DNA of 64,000 bases, from the NCBI RefSeq assembly GCF_963921235.1, contig NC_086108.1, positions 73,658,001-73,722,000 of the forward strand. The letters are read 5' to 3'. Every line of letters begins with the position of its first letter. The stretch's first letter is position 1. Made by a program: the position numbers and the translations under genes. Below, piece by piece: positions 1-13,142 of this stretch. A model generated the notes under the pieces. It saw only the letters and a list, made by a program, of their open reading frames with translations. It searched no databases and was not told the DNA's origin. Origin of the DNA: Mobula hypostoma (Eukaryota).

Positions 1-260
1 AATCTCCACCATGCTTATCCTCAGCACCCTTCTAATCATTCCATCTTAATTTTGATCTTCAGCACACATAACCCTCCACCATCCTGTTACCAACCTCCAT
101 AAATTATGCCTATTAATAATTCATATGCAAGCAATTACAGCAAAAATGAAAAATTATCATGCTCATGTCAATCAATAATGATGTAAAGGATTCTAACACA
201 AACAGAATTAAATACGCAGAATTACTATGGTGACGATTTCAGCTTTTTGGGGAACAATAC

Positions 261-397
261 CTGTCTTGGCCATCTTTTGTTTTACTCTTCTTATTCCTCC
301 TTGCCATCTTTGACTTGTGTGTAGATCGCCGAGCTGGCCCAACCTTGATTGATGTATTCTCAAAAGGAGTTGTTGATATTGAAACCTTGTTTCCACT
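261..397 (-). CDS. MAST2: MAST2 exon ([45 protein letters not shown])
   Basis: aatag|AGT acceptor, AG|gtattg donor, 137 nt. Confidence 0.94.
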
Positions 398-825
398 CTA
401 TTCATTGGAAAGATTTGATTTTATTTTTGTATCATTGACTTTAATTTTAAATACACATTATTCTACATTACGCACTGACATCGGTTCAGAGATTTAAATG
501 CCACAACATTGTAAACATCTTAAGATACTGTTACAAGAAATGTAGTCCAAAACAATTTCTAAACATTTTATATAAATTTTGATTTCAGGTATTTTTAAAC
601 CATTAAAAAATTCGAATCAATCCAGTTGGCCAAATTTTGATACTGACATATACAGTTTAATACTAACTGTACAATTTCCACAGTGCAGTCCTTTTTCATT
701 CATGCAGAGTAGTAAAACAAAGACTACCTGGTTATTGGAGAGCTATAGTTTTCAAACAAAGTGGTAGCTCTAACAACATAAGAAAATGGCAGGAGTCAGC
801 TACCTGCTGGAAATATCTTTCTAAA

Positions 826-1065
826 GCTACAGTGGAGCGTGTATCAAGCTTCAAATTCCTTGGCGTCCCCATTTCCGAGGATCTCACCTGGTCCCTGAAC
901 TCCTCCATCCTGATCAAAAGGGCGCAACAGCGCCTTTATTTCCTGTGGAGCATAAAGAAAGCTCACTTCTGTCCCAGGATACTGACGGACTTTTACCGCT
1001 GTACCATTGAGAGCATACTCACCAACTGCTTCTCAGTGTGGTATGGTAATTGTCCCGTATCGGGA
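826..1065 (+). mobile_element. Rex1/Babar-type non-LTR retrotransposon fragment (post-RT C-terminal region)
   Basis: VERVSSFKFLGVPISEDLTW...KRAQQRLYFL...FYRCTIESILT...VWYG, characteristic of this clade. Confidence 0.75.
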
Positions 1066-1067
1066 CA

Positions 1068-1316
1068 AGTAAGCCTACCATGTCGAACCTTGTCAAATGC
1101 CTTACTAAAATCCATGTAGATCACATCCACTGCACTGCCCTCATCTATATGCCTGGTCACCTCCTCAAAAAACCCTATCAGGCTTGTTCGACACGATCTG
1201 CCCTTCACAAAGCCATGCTGACTGACCCTGATCAGACCATGATTTTCTAAATGCCTACAGATCCTATCTCTAAGAATCTTTTCCAACAGCTTTCCCACCA
1301 CAGATGTAAGGCTCAC
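1068..1316 (-). mobile_element. CR1 LINE RT fragment
   Basis: SLTSVVGKLLEKILRDRI...QHGFVKGRSC...YMDFSKAFDKV; nearly identical to ~17115-17360 in the opposite orientation. Confidence 0.9.
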
Positions 1317-1579
1317 ATTATCTATAAAACATTGTGCATCATGCTAAATCAAAAGAAAAATGCCAAAACCTGCTAAACAAACATTAAAAATTAAAGAGGG
1401 GGTAAAAATTATTTATCACCTTTGTAATTACTGTGCTAACTTTCTTCTGGTGCGATACTATATATTACCTTACCAACTCACCCATTTTGTGGATGCAGAA
1501 AATATGAAGATTTACCAGAATAAATACCCCCTCTTTCTGTAAGGTCTAACAGTATGGTAAAATTTCAATAGACCAAACC

Positions 1580-2690
1580 AAAATGAAGAGAAAAGAGAAT
1601 TCAAGGTAAGTCATGGAAATTATAACAGAAAAGCACAAGTCTGGAGAAGGGTATAAGACCATCTCAAAGGAACTGAACATACCTTAGACCTCAGTGCAGT
1701 CCACCACACTGCCCAGGTCAGACCATCCCTCTAAACTTAGTCATGGAGAGGAATGGAACTTGTAAGAGAGGCTACTATAATGCCAACAGTCATTCTCATT
1801 GAGTGACAGAAGTCAGTGGCTGTAACTGGAGATGAAGTTCATGTCTCCACAATCTCCAAGACCTTGTACAAAAAGGGTATTTATGGAAGAGTGGCAAGGA
1901 AAATATCCTGGCTAAAAAAAAAATGCACACCCTTGCCCATTACGACTTTGCAAAGTGTCACTTAGAAGATACTGTAAGGATGTGAAAGAAGGTCTTGTGG
2001 TAACACAATCCCTGCTGTAAAGTATGCTGGTGGTAGCATCATGCTATGGGGAAGCTTTTCAGCATCAGGGACTGGAAATCTAGTCAGGATTGATGGGAAG
2101 AAGAATGCTGCTAAATACAGAGAGATCCTAGATAAAAACCTGCTAGCCTCTACCAGAAAGCACAAACTGGGGAGGAAGTTCATCTTTCAGCAGGACAATG
2201 ACTTGCCAGAGTAACCATGGAGTGATTTCAAATGAAGAAAATTTATGTCTTTGAGTGGTCCAGTCAGAGCCTGACCTTAACCCAATTGAACATCTCTGGC
2301 AAGACCTCAAGATTGCTGTCCACAGCCACTCTGAGTGCCTCACCAACTAACCTGGCAGAGCTTGAGCAATTTGCAAGGAGGAATAGTCACGTTCTGCAAA
2401 GCTAATAGAGACTTATCCAAAAGAACTACTGACTATAATAGCTGCAAGGGGCAATTCAACTAAGTACTGAGCAAAGGGGGGGGGGGGGTTCATACTTTTG
2501 AACTGCTGACATTTCAATTTTTCAATTTTTAGATTTTATGCTTTACAATTTTCCCTGTTCTTTGAGTTCTACTGTGAAAAAGCAGCATGTGATCCACAAA
2601 CAAAAATTCTCAGTTAAATTGATCAAAATCCCAGGATATAATATTTATGTGAACAAAGGGTTGGGGACTGAATACTTTTATAAGTCACTG
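1580..2690 (+). mobile_element. Tc1-like DNA transposon remnant (degenerate transposase, right end intact)
   Basis: [35 protein letters not shown] and a frameshifted SPDLNPIEHLW-like motif; ends ...cactg|TA. Left boundary approximate. Confidence 0.85.
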
Positions 2691-2725
2691 TAGGTCATTA
2701 CAGAATTAGTCTCATGAATCTGTTT

Positions 2726-3298
2726 TAAGACCATAAAACCATAAGATATGGGAGCAGAAGTAGGCCATTTGGCCCATCGAGTCTGCTCCGCCATTCAATC
2801 ATGGGCTGATCCAATTCTTCCAGTCATCCCCACTTCCCTGCCTTCACCCTATACCCTTTGATGCCCTGTCTAATCAAGAACCTATCTATCTCTACCTTAA
2901 ATACACCCAATGTCTTGGCCTCCACAGCCACTCGTGGCAACAAATTCCACAGATTGACCACCCTCTGACTAAAGTAATTTCTCCGCATCTCAGTTCTAAA
3001 AGGATGTCCTTCAATCCTGAAGTCGTGCCCTCTTGTCCTAGAATCTCCTACCATGGGAAATAACTGCCATATCTAATCTGTTCAGGCCTTTTAACATTTG
3101 GAATATTTCTATGAGATCCCTCCTTATTCTCCTGACTAAAAGGAAAACAGCCCAAGAGTTGCCAGACATTCTTCATCTGGTAACCCTTTCATTCCTGGAA
3201 TCATTCTTGTGAATCTTTTCTGAACCCTCTCCAATGTCAGTATAACCTTTCTAAAATAAGGAGCCCAAAACTGCACACAATACTCCAAGTGTGATCTC
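2726..3298 (-). mobile_element. CR1 LINE 3' end
   Basis: [12 protein letters not shown] and RTRGH...FSQRVVNLWN motifs; short tandem-repeat tail (taagaccata). Confidence 0.9.
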
Positions 3299-3871
3299 AA
3301 CTGGCTCTTTTGACAGGCTCTTTCATTGTTCCAATGGAAGTTAATTCCAAAATGCTCTCTTTTACTCTTTTCCATTGATGCTACATGGACTGTTAAGTTG
3401 ATTACTTATTTGGTGTCATTTCTTAAACTAGTTTGGCTTTCAGACTAAGATTTCTTAAAACTGAGTGTTAAAGCAGACGTTATATATTAAAGTCGTCCAC
3501 AACCATCATTTTTAGAAACAATTCAACATCTACAAAACAATGGATTATCAGCAATGATCTAGCTCTCCAGGTGGAGATGCCACCTAAATATCGTTCTTCA
3601 AATTTCACACCAGGTAATGATAGTTGTAGAGAAACACAAAAGGGAGACAGGCCCTTCAGCCATCTAGACTAACACTATTTTTCCTCTTGCACCCCATTTA
3701 TTTCCTCTCACTCCATTTCTCCTGGCAGCCACCTGCAGCAGTCAATGAACCTAACGTCCAACATTCAGGAGGAATCCAAATCACCCAGGGGAAGCCCACA
3801 GAATCACAGTGAAAGTGCAGGAGCGAAGCAGAAAACAAATTACATACGTGTTTTCTGAAAGTGTGCATTAC

Positions 3872-3994
3872 CTTTAATATGAGTTCCACCACCTCTGTGT
3901 GCACTAGACCGTGGACAGGTTCTCCATTTACATGAGTTATCAAGTCTCCAGCACGTAGGCCAGCATCGTGGGCAGGTCCATCACTCTCAACATG
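3872..3994 (-). CDS. MAST2: MAST2 exon, PDZ C-half ([41 protein letters not shown])
   Basis: ctgcag|CAT acceptor, AAG|gtaatg donor, 123 nt. Confidence 0.96.
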
Positions 3995-4123
3995 CTGCAG
4001 TACAAAGAAGGCGCACAAGATGAAAGGAGGATACAGCACACCAGTCTGAAGAGGACAAAACCAAATAGATGTTCCCATTTTATATGCAACATAGCAGTTA
4101 CTTACTCAGTAAAATCTACTTAC

Positions 4124-4350
4124 CCAGACCATATGGTGAACAGTAAAGATATCACTCTCTCCCATGTAAACTCGGATAGCACGAAGCGTAAACCCATATT
4201 TTTTCCCAGCTCTGTGGATAATGATTGGAGGTTTCAAATTGCTTACTGCTGGAGAAAAATCTCGGCTTGGTGAAGAATCCCGTGAAGATGGATTGGATGA
4301 TAAAGAACGTGGTGACATAGGGCTAGCTAAAGGAGAACCAATATGATGAT
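4124..4350 (-). CDS. MAST2: MAST2 exon, PDZ N-half ([16 protein letters not shown]...[36 protein letters not shown])
   Basis: atatag|AT acceptor, TGG|gtaagt donor, 227 nt. Confidence 0.95.
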
Positions 4351-4575
4351 CTATATAAACAAAGGATATAAAAGTAGTTAATTTGTAAGGTTTATTCCAA
4401 GTTTCACCATCAAAAAGTAGTTTATCTCTTGGGGGTACACAATATTCAACTAACTATTTTATGTACCATTACAAGTGAACACATCAATCTCCATCAATCT
4501 TTATGTAGAATTAACTTAAATAAGAATCTATTTAAAAGTATTTCAATGTTTGCCGTAAAGGGCTTTAAAATACAA

Positions 4576-6712
4576 ACAAGAGAAAATATGCAGATGCCAG
4601 AAATCCAAGCAACACACACAAAAGGCTGGAGAAACTCAGCAGGCCAGGCAGCATCTATGGAAAAGAGTAAACAGTCAATGTTTTGGGCCAAGACCCTTAA
4701 TCAGGATTGGAGAAAAAAGATGAGAAGTCAGAGCAAGAAGATGGCGGGAGGGGAGGAAGAAAGAAAAGGTAATCGGTGATAGGTGAAACCAGGAAAAAGA
4801 GAGAAAGATGTGCTTGGTGGTGGAATCCCATTGGAGATGACAGAATTTACGGAGAATTATGTGCTGGATGTGGAGGCTGGTGTGGTGGTAGGTGAGGACA
4901 AGAGGAACCCTGTCTCTTGTGGGGTGGTGGGAAGATGGGGTAAAGGCAGACATGCACGAAATGGAAGAGATGCAGGTGAGGGCAGCGTTGATGGTGGAGG
5001 AAGGGAAGCCCCTTTCTTTGAAGAAGGAGGATATCTCCTTAGTTCTGGAATGAAAAGCCTCATCCTGAGAGTAGATGAGGCAAAGGTGGAGGAATTGAGA
5101 GAAAGGGATGGATTTTTACAAGTAACAGAGTGGGAAGAGGTATAGTTGAGAGAGCTGTGAGAGTCCGTGGGTTTACAATAGGCATCAGTAAATAAGCTGT
5201 CACCAGAAACAGAGACGGGGGGAAGGTGTCAGAAATGGACCAGGTAAATTTGAGGGCAGGGTGGAAGTCGGAGGCAAAGTTTATGAAGTCAACCATCTCT
5301 GCATGGATGCAAGAAACAGCACCAATGCAGTCGTCGATGTAGGATAGGAAAATTTGGGGAGTGATACCATTGTAGGCTTGGAACATAAATGATTCCATGT
5401 AGCCAACAAAAAGGCGGGTTTAGCTGGGACCTATGCAAGTACCCATGCCTACACCTTTTGTTTGAAGGAAGTGGGAAGAGCCAAAGGAGAAACTATTGAG
5501 AGTGAGGACCAGTTCCACCAGACGGAGGAGAGTGGTGGTGGAGGGAAACTGGTTGGATCTGGTGTCCACCAGACAGAGGAGAGTGGTGGTGGAGGGAAAC
5601 TGGTTGGGGTCTGGTGTCCAGAAAGAAACGGAGAGCTTTGAGGCCTTCCTGATGGGGGATGGAGGTATGCGGGGACTGGACTAGGGTTGCCAACTGTCCC
5701 GTATTAGCCGGGACATCCCGTATATTGGGCTAATTTGGTTTGTCCCATATGGGATCGCCCTTGTCCCGTATTTCCCCCGCTAAGGTAGAGCATTCCTATG
5801 AAATCACTTGTAAGCTGAAATGGCGTAAAGCACAGAAGCAATTACCATTAATTTACATGGGAAAAATTTCTGAGCATTGCCAGACCCAAAAAATAACCTA
5901 CCAAATCATACCAAATAACACATAAAACATAAAATAACACTAGCATATAGTAAAAGCAGGAATGATATGATAAACACACAGCCTATATCAAGTAGAAATA
6001 ATGTATGTACAGTGTATCAGAATTGGGAAGATTAAGCCAAACCGATTTGTAGAAAAAAATCGGCACATACACGCATGCGCATACAGGTGTCCGCGCAAGG
6101 CTTCATGGTCATGGTAGTCTTTCTTGGGGTAAACACAAGTGTCCCGTATTTGACTGCTACTTTTGTCCCTTATTTGGGAGTGAGAAAGTTGGCAACCCTA
6201 GACTGGATATCTATAGTGAAAATAAGATGACTGGGGCCAGGAAACTTGAAATCATTGAAAAGATCAAGAGTGTGTTAAGTATCATGGATGTAGGAAGGAA
6301 GAGACTGAAACAGAGGGATAGAACTGAGTCGAGGTATGCAAGTTCAGTGGGGCAGGAACAAGCTGAAACAATGAGTCTACCAAGCCAGGCAGGTTTGTGG
6401 ATCTTGAGTAGAAAGTAGAAACAGGTGGTGCGTGGTAAGGGAGCTATGAGGTTGGTTGTAGTGGATAGGAGATCCTCAGAGTTAATAAGTTGGGTGATGG
6501 TGTGGGAGACAATGGCCTCGTGCTCCTTTGTGGGGTCCTGTTCGAGGGGTAAGTAAGAGGTGGTTACAGCTTATAGTTGTTGTCTGGCCTCTGCAAGGTA
6601 AAGGTCAGTTTGCCAGACTACTACTGCACCCCCTTTATCTGCAGGTTTGATGGTGAGGTTAGGATTAGTGCGGAGAGAGTGAAGAGCAGTGCACTGGGAA
6701 GGAGTGAGGCTT
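4576..6712 (-). mobile_element. Penelope-like element (RT region plus terminal repeat), interrupted by a hAT MITE
   Basis: GVGMGTCIGPS, YIDDCIGA and RVPLVLTYH motifs; terminal repeat shared with the other PLE copies; 51-bp tandem duplication at 5514-5619. Confidence 0.85.
5682..6200. mobile_element. hAT-type non-autonomous DNA transposon (MITE), 519 bp
   Basis: 14-bp perfect TIR TAGGGTTGCCAACT/AGTTGGCAACCCTA; 8-bp TSD GACTGGAC/GACTGGAT (1 mismatch); the PLE sequence resumes across it. Confidence 0.9.
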
Positions 6713-7257
6713 GAAAATATGTTTGTTTTACAAGTGGGATCAATAGCACAATGTGGTACAGAACTGTCTAATAGTCAGTTTTACCCCAGGCTATTCCAAT
6801 AACATGCAATACCACAGAAGAAGAGTGATGGCAAAATATTTTAGGAGCTGGAAATCTTTGTGGTATTATTGAATGATCTTTGAAACATTTTTAAATATAG
6901 TTTTTATTTGGAGACTTTGAGAATGAGCATTCAAACCTACATATTAACAGAAGAAAAATGTATTATTTCTTGTGAAGCTGAAACAAGTCAGAACTTGCTG
7001 AACTGAATAACTGAATAATGTTTTATTTAAGAGGGAAGAAAAAATTAGAACGAGTTACAAGTTGAACAAGCAACTTGGGGAGAATGTGATCATAATATTT
7101 CACTTTCTTTTTGTCAGTTATGTTGGAACATCTGAGAGTCTGTAGCGTAAACTGATCATTTGAAATACTATTACATATCAATGGGAATTTCATTGCATAT
7201 ATTCAAAACTATCATTCATCATAATAGAATACAGAGGAAATGTTAAGTTAAAAACTA

Positions 7258-8425
7258 AGAAGAGAAAATCTGCAGATGCTAGAAATCCGAGCAACACACA
7301 GAAAATGCTGGAAGGAACTCAGCAAGCCAGGCAGCATCTACGGAAAAAAACACAGTTGACCTTTTGGGCCGAAACCTTCAGCAGAGTCGGAGAAAAAAAT
7401 GCTAAGGAAGTGGGGGGGGGGGGAGGGGGGAGGGGAGAGAGAACCAGCAAGTGATAGATGAAACCTGGAAGGGAAGGTATGAAGTAAAGAGCTGGGAAAT
7501 TGATTGGTGAAAGAGGCAGAAGGCCATGGTACAAAGAAGGGGGAAGGAGCACCAGAGGGAGGTGATGGGCTGGCAAGGAGATGAGGTGAGAGAGGGAATA
7601 GGGGATGGGAAATGGAGGGGTAGAGGTTTGAGGGGCCTTACTGGAAGTTTGAGAAATCAATGTTCATGCCACCAGGTTGGAGGTTACCCAAATGGAATAT
7701 AATGTGTTGTTCCTCCAACCGAAGTGTGGCCTCATCACAACAGTGGAGGAGGCCATGGATGGACATATCGGAACTGGAATGGAAAGTGGAATTAAAATGG
7801 GTGACCACTGGGAAATCCCGCTTGTTTTGGTGGGTTGATGGTAGATGTTCGGCGAAGCGGTCTCCCAACCTACGTCGAGTCTCACCCATGTACAGGAGGC
7901 CACACCAGGAGCACCGAACACAATAAGTGACCTCAACAGGCTCACAGGTGAAGTGTTGCCTCAGCTATCAGAACTGTTTAGGGAGGTGTAGGTGCAGATG
8001 TAGCACTTGCTCCGCTTGCAAGGGTAAGTGCCAGGAGGGAGATCAGTGGGGAGGGACAAATGGACAAGGGAGTCGCGTAGGGTGCAAACCCTGTGAAAAG
8101 CAGAAAGTGGGAGGGTGGAGGGACGGAAAGATGTGCTTGGTGGTGGGATATCATTGGAAGAGGCGGAAGTTTTAAAGATTCATGCGCTGAACGGAGGCTG
8201 GTGGGGTGATAGTGAGTACAAGAGGAACCATATTCCTGGTAGAGTGGTAGGAGGATGGGGTAGGAGCAGACGTGCATGAAATGGAAGAGATGCGATTGAA
8301 GGTGCGTTGATGGTGGAGGAAGGGAAGCCCCTTTCTTTGAAAAAGGAGGAAATCTCCATAATCCTAGAATGATAAGCCTTATCCTGAGAGCAGGTGCAGT
8401 GGAGATGGAGGAATTGTGAAAAGGG
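7258..8425 (-). mobile_element. Penelope-like element 3' part with GIY-YIG endonuclease
   Basis: YCVRCSWCGLLYMGETRRRLGDRFAEHL...HFN...LEEQHIIFHLG; terminal repeat at 7258-7390. Confidence 0.88.
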
Positions 8426-8619
8426 GAGGAAAACTTGAGCATGTTTTACTTCTCCATGTTTTGTAAGCTGAAATCCTAATACATTGTTTCATTGCTCACT
8501 CTGTCTCTTCCCTAATTTAGTCATCTCTGCAAAGGATCGAATATTTAAAATTGTTGATTCTAGAGTCGATAAACAATTTAATACCAAGGTTCTTTCAGGT
8601 CGTCCAGCTTAATCCTCAC

Positions 8620-8835
8620 CTGAAGGGATCATAAGGGACAAGGCAGTTGCAGAAGCTGATTTGATCACTTTATTGACAGGCCTGGAGGTCCGCTTCTCAG
8701 TTGATTCTCCAGATAATAGCCTGTGTCGAGCTCTGCGGGCTGCTAGGTCACTGATTGCTTTTGGAGTCGAAGAGTCTGATCCCTCTGCACTGTTACTGCG
8801 AGATCTCTGATCAGATAGGTCAGCAGTGCTGCTGG
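8620..8835 (-). CDS. MAST2: MAST2 exon ([12 protein letters not shown]...[49 protein letters not shown])
   Basis: ttccag|CC acceptor, G|gtgagg donor, 216 nt. Confidence 0.92.
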
Positions 8836-8974
8836 CTGGAATACAAATTAAAGCTACTTAACAGTGGCACAGATTATGCAGCCAATGACAAATGAATGAC
8901 ATCTGCTTTTCATTGATTTAACAGCTAAAATCAGTATACACAAACTACAGCATCTACTTGTGTGGACAATACTC

Positions 8975-9990
8975 GAAGTGTGGTCTTTATAGAGCTGCAA
9001 TATTACCTCCTGATTCTTGAACTTAGTCACCTGACTACTGAAGGTTAAATACCTTAACCACACCCTATCAATCTGTGCTGCAATTTTGGACCCCAAGATC
9101 CCTCTGTTGCTCCACACTATTCAAAATCCTACTTTAACCCTATATTCTACCTTCAGGTTCAAACTTAAAGTGAATCACTTCACATTTTTCCAGAATAAAC
9201 TCCACCTACTACTTGTCTGTTCAGCTCTGCATCCTATCAATGCCCTGTTGTAAACTACAACAACCTGCTACACCATCCACAACACCACAAACCTTTATAT
9301 CATCTGCAAACTTACACTTTCACTCCTCATCCAAGTCCCACAATTATCCCTATTATCTTCCTTGAACAATGGAACAACTTTTATTATCTTTTAATCCTGT
9401 GGTTCAACTTCTATGACCATGGAAGATGCAAAGATCATTGTCAACACCCCAGCAATCTTTTTCCTCATGTCCCGTAGTAACCTAGGCTACATCCCATCTG
9501 CCCTGGAGTGCTGATGTTTTTCAGAAGTTCCAAAAGATACCTTTTTCTTAACCCCAACATGTTCCAGAACATAAGTCTGTTCTACCCTGACATCAGATTC
9601 TTCAAAGTCCCTCTCCCTGGTGAACACTAAAGCAAATTTTCATTAAGGACCTTCCCTACTTCCTCCACATCCAGGTACATTTCCCTCCTTATCCCTGAGC
9701 AGTCCTAATTTGGCACTAGTTATCTTCATGTTCTTCATGTTGTGTAGAACAGCTTGGGTTCTTTTTTCCTAATCCTACTCATCAAGATCTTTTCATTTGC
9801 CTTTCTAGCTCTCCTGAGTCCCTCCTTAGGCTCCTTCCTGTCTACTCAAGAACCCTGCCTGAACTTTACTCCCTAAGCATTAAGTATGCTTTCTTCTTCC
9901 TCTTGACTAAATGTTCTTCCGCTCTTGTCAAACATGGCTCCTTTACCCTACCATCTTTCCCCTGTCTCAGTGGGACAAACTTACCTCGAA
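8975..9990 (-). mobile_element. old, internally deleted CR1 fragment
   Basis: Degenerate matches to the CR1 at 14735-18457; boundaries approximate. Confidence 0.7.
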
Positions 9991-10165
9991 CATCATGCAA
10001 GTGGGCACCTTTAATTTCACCTGGCCAACACCTGATTTCATGACCACATTACATAGTGACTCATAATACCCTCAGTACTAAAGATGAGCATTAAATGCAG
10101 TCATCTAATATCAGGTTGATTATTGATCAGATAATCTTTAAAGCATTTTCACTTATGCACGTTAC

Positions 10166-10446
10166 CTGTCAAAGTCGAGCTGCTGGTATTACTCATTGTT
10201 GAGGGAGGTGTGGCAGGGATAACATCCACTTGCAGAGTAAGGTCTTTCTCAGTAGGCTGTTCTGGAATAGTTAAGGACACTTCCTCTCTTGTCCTGGTAG
10301 CTTGTTGCTTCTTTCCTTCTTCGTCTCCATATATAGAAAAGCGTGGCATCTCTATTAGAGTTGAACAACGGCGTCTCACTGTTAGCGGAGGGCTCGAATC
10401 ACTTTCAGTGTGGGAAGATTCTGATAATGACATGCGTTTTCTGATA
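10166..10446 (-). CDS. MAST2: MAST2 exon (IRKRMSLSESSHTESDSSPPLTVRRRCS...SSSTLT)
   Basis: ttcag|T acceptor, G|gtaacg donor, 281 nt, phase 2 to 1. Confidence 0.9.
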
Positions 10447-11444
10447 CTGAAGGAAGATAGATAGTTGGAGAGGTTGTGAGGAAACCATACATTAGTCATT
10501 AAAATTATCTACGTTATTGCTTTTTTCATAGCATACAACAGTCGTATCAAGATAATTAGCCTAATCTAGTAATGCAATACCATTAATTAGGCGAAACTAC
10601 TCATTATTTAATGTAAGCACTTTCATTTAACTATTGGAATGTATAGCAAATGCATGGTCTTCAAAGATTCTAATGATGTGAGGATTATTTAATTGGAACC
10701 CTAAATTATATACATTTTTGGAAAAACAAAGAATGAGAAAATACAAAACTTTCGTGATTAGAGACGACATGTTCCTTCATGCTGCATTTATTTATGCATT
10801 TGCTAGAGATGTTTTACTAAACAAAAAAATAGACAAAGCAGCAATATGAGTATTGATAACTGTGTGATAAAAAATACTTTTCTAGCCAATATATATTCCC
10901 AAGGGATGCCACAACTATTGCCAATTGATAATAGTGAGTGGCTATCCAAGTCTCCAACGAGAATATATCAAAACAATTGCATGAATGATAATCAACAATG
11001 TATCCATATGGTGCTCTGAGACAAACATGAGTGGACAACTCTCTATTCAAGATTTTTGATAAAACTTCCAATATACTTTAGGGAATTTTATCGTGTTAAG
11101 GGCACTAAATATATATGTATGTACTTTATCAATGCTGGAAGAGCTCCTTGGACAATTGCTGGTTCTGCATCTCATTATGCTCTTTGTGGAGCACTTCCCA
11201 CTTATCATTTTGTATTACATCCATTAGTAGATCTGTCTGGTCTACTGTTATAACTCTGCCTCCTTGCCTTGAAGCCAACCTGAGTGATATCAAGACCATT
11301 TAACAGATTTGTGAATTACATAATGAGAATGTGCAGAAAGCTCAGTAGGCTTGGCAGCATTTGTGGGGGGAGAAACAACAATTCAGAAAGAATTGAAGTA
11401 TACACTTTATTTCCCTCCCCACAAATATCATATGAACTTTTAGT

Positions 11445-11945
11445 ATAGAACAGGAGACAGTACAGCACTGGAACATGTCCTTCAACCCATGATCTCTGTG
11501 CCAAACACAATGCCAACTTCAACTTAGTAAACCAAAATTAAATTAAAACTTTGTCCTGCACAACACCCATATTCCTCCATTCCTTGCGTATTCATGTGTC
11601 AATCTAAAAGCTTCGCAAATGTCACTATCATATCTGCTTTCACCACTACCCCTGGCAGCCTTATTCAGGCACCTGCCACTCTGTGAAAACTGGCCACGCA
11701 CATCTTCTTTAAACTTTCCTCCTCTCAAATTAAATGCACGCCTTCTTATATTTGACATTTCCCCCTGTAAAAAAGATTCTGACAATTCATAATTTCATAA
11801 ACTTTTATCAGTCTTCCCTCAGCCCAATCTCTTCTTACTAGCTGATACAGTTTAATCCAGGCAGCATCCTGGTAAACTCCTTCTATACCCTTTCCAAAAC
11901 TTCCATATACTCCCTATAATGGGAGTGACCAGAAATGCACACAAT
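11445..11945 (-). mobile_element. old CR1 3' fragment
   Basis: RGGKFKEDVRGQF-like C-terminal motif and CR1-type 3' UTR. Confidence 0.7.
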
Positions 11946-12310
11946 AATTTATTAATATTTTCTTATTATCTTTGATCCAGTGATCAATTGAACTTTTATT
12001 CATCACGTGGGAAAAGGCTGAATGTCTGACAATTAGTAGTTTCCCAAGGACTGATCCCATCTATTTCATTAGTACAATGTGCATGGCCATCATTTATTGC
12101 CCACACATGCCCTTGAAAAGATGCTATTGGGTCATCTTCTTGAACCATTGCAGTCTACTGGTGGAGAAGTTTCATGTTTTGGACCATGTGTGAATGCAGA
12201 AAGAGCGATACATTTCCAAGTCATGAACGTGGTAGTGATCATGGTTTTGGGAGATGTCATATGAGCGCCCTACACAAGTAAATCTACTGCAACTTGTAGA
12301 TGACACACAT

Positions 12311-13142
12311 TGAGGTGGAGCGAAGTTAAGATGGCACTGAATAGCAACTCATTTGATTGCATCTTCGGAAACAGCTCTATTTCCATCTTTAATATCTTTA
12401 TTTTTTCCTTTCAGGGTTCTTTTATAGACCCTGACCTGGAGTTACACGCTGACTTCGGTTCTTTGCAGGAATGGGACCTATTCTCAGAGTTTCAGGACCG
12501 GCCGTTGTTCAGCACACCAAGGGTTTGGCCCGAGAGTCCGGTTTGGATTTGGAAGCCTAAGATCTTGGGGCTCTGGAGACGGGCGGATCGAGGGTCAGTG
12601 TAACGGCAGGAGACCCATATGTCATTGGGAAGTCAGAAAATCTACTGCTGTGGGCCCGAAGACCCGGGATCTTAGCGACCTTCAGGCACAGATCTCGAAA
12701 AAAGCGACATAACAGACTTCTAACATCATAAACCACCGAATTGTTTGTTATGTCTCCCTGCTCACTGGGAAATGGAGACACCTCCTTTTCCCTCATTAGG
12801 GAGAGAGAGAGCCTGTGGGATGTCAAATCCCGGGTGAAACAGGAAGTCTTTGGGGTAACTGCAAGTCTGTGTCTTTGTTACTGCTTTGCTCACACTGAGT
12901 CTTTGGTTGTGGTACCGATGCTTACTTTTTTTTTGCCGTTGGGGGGAGAGAGTATTGTTGCTCGCTGCCACTTATGCGTGGGAGGGAGGGGAGCTAGGGG
13001 GGGCTTTGGAGTTCTTACATTAAACTGTTGTTCATTCTTTGAGCACTCCTCTGTTTTCATGGATGTTTGTGAAGAAAAAGCACTTCAGGATGTACATTGT
13101 ATACATTTCTCTGTCATTAAATTGGACCTTTGAACCTTTGAA
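12311..13142 (+). repeat. unclassified ~800-bp non-coding interspersed repeat with (CCTTTGAA)n tail, copy 1
   Basis: Collinear with 19728-20522; shared blocks include tttcagggttcttt...gaccctgacctggagttac and ttagggagagagagag. Confidence 0.8.

Noticed and set aside
3698..4078. 126-aa ORF as a stand-alone PDZ protein
   Set aside because: Only 3872-3994 is PDZ-like and it is bounded by canonical splice sites; the rest is intron read-through.
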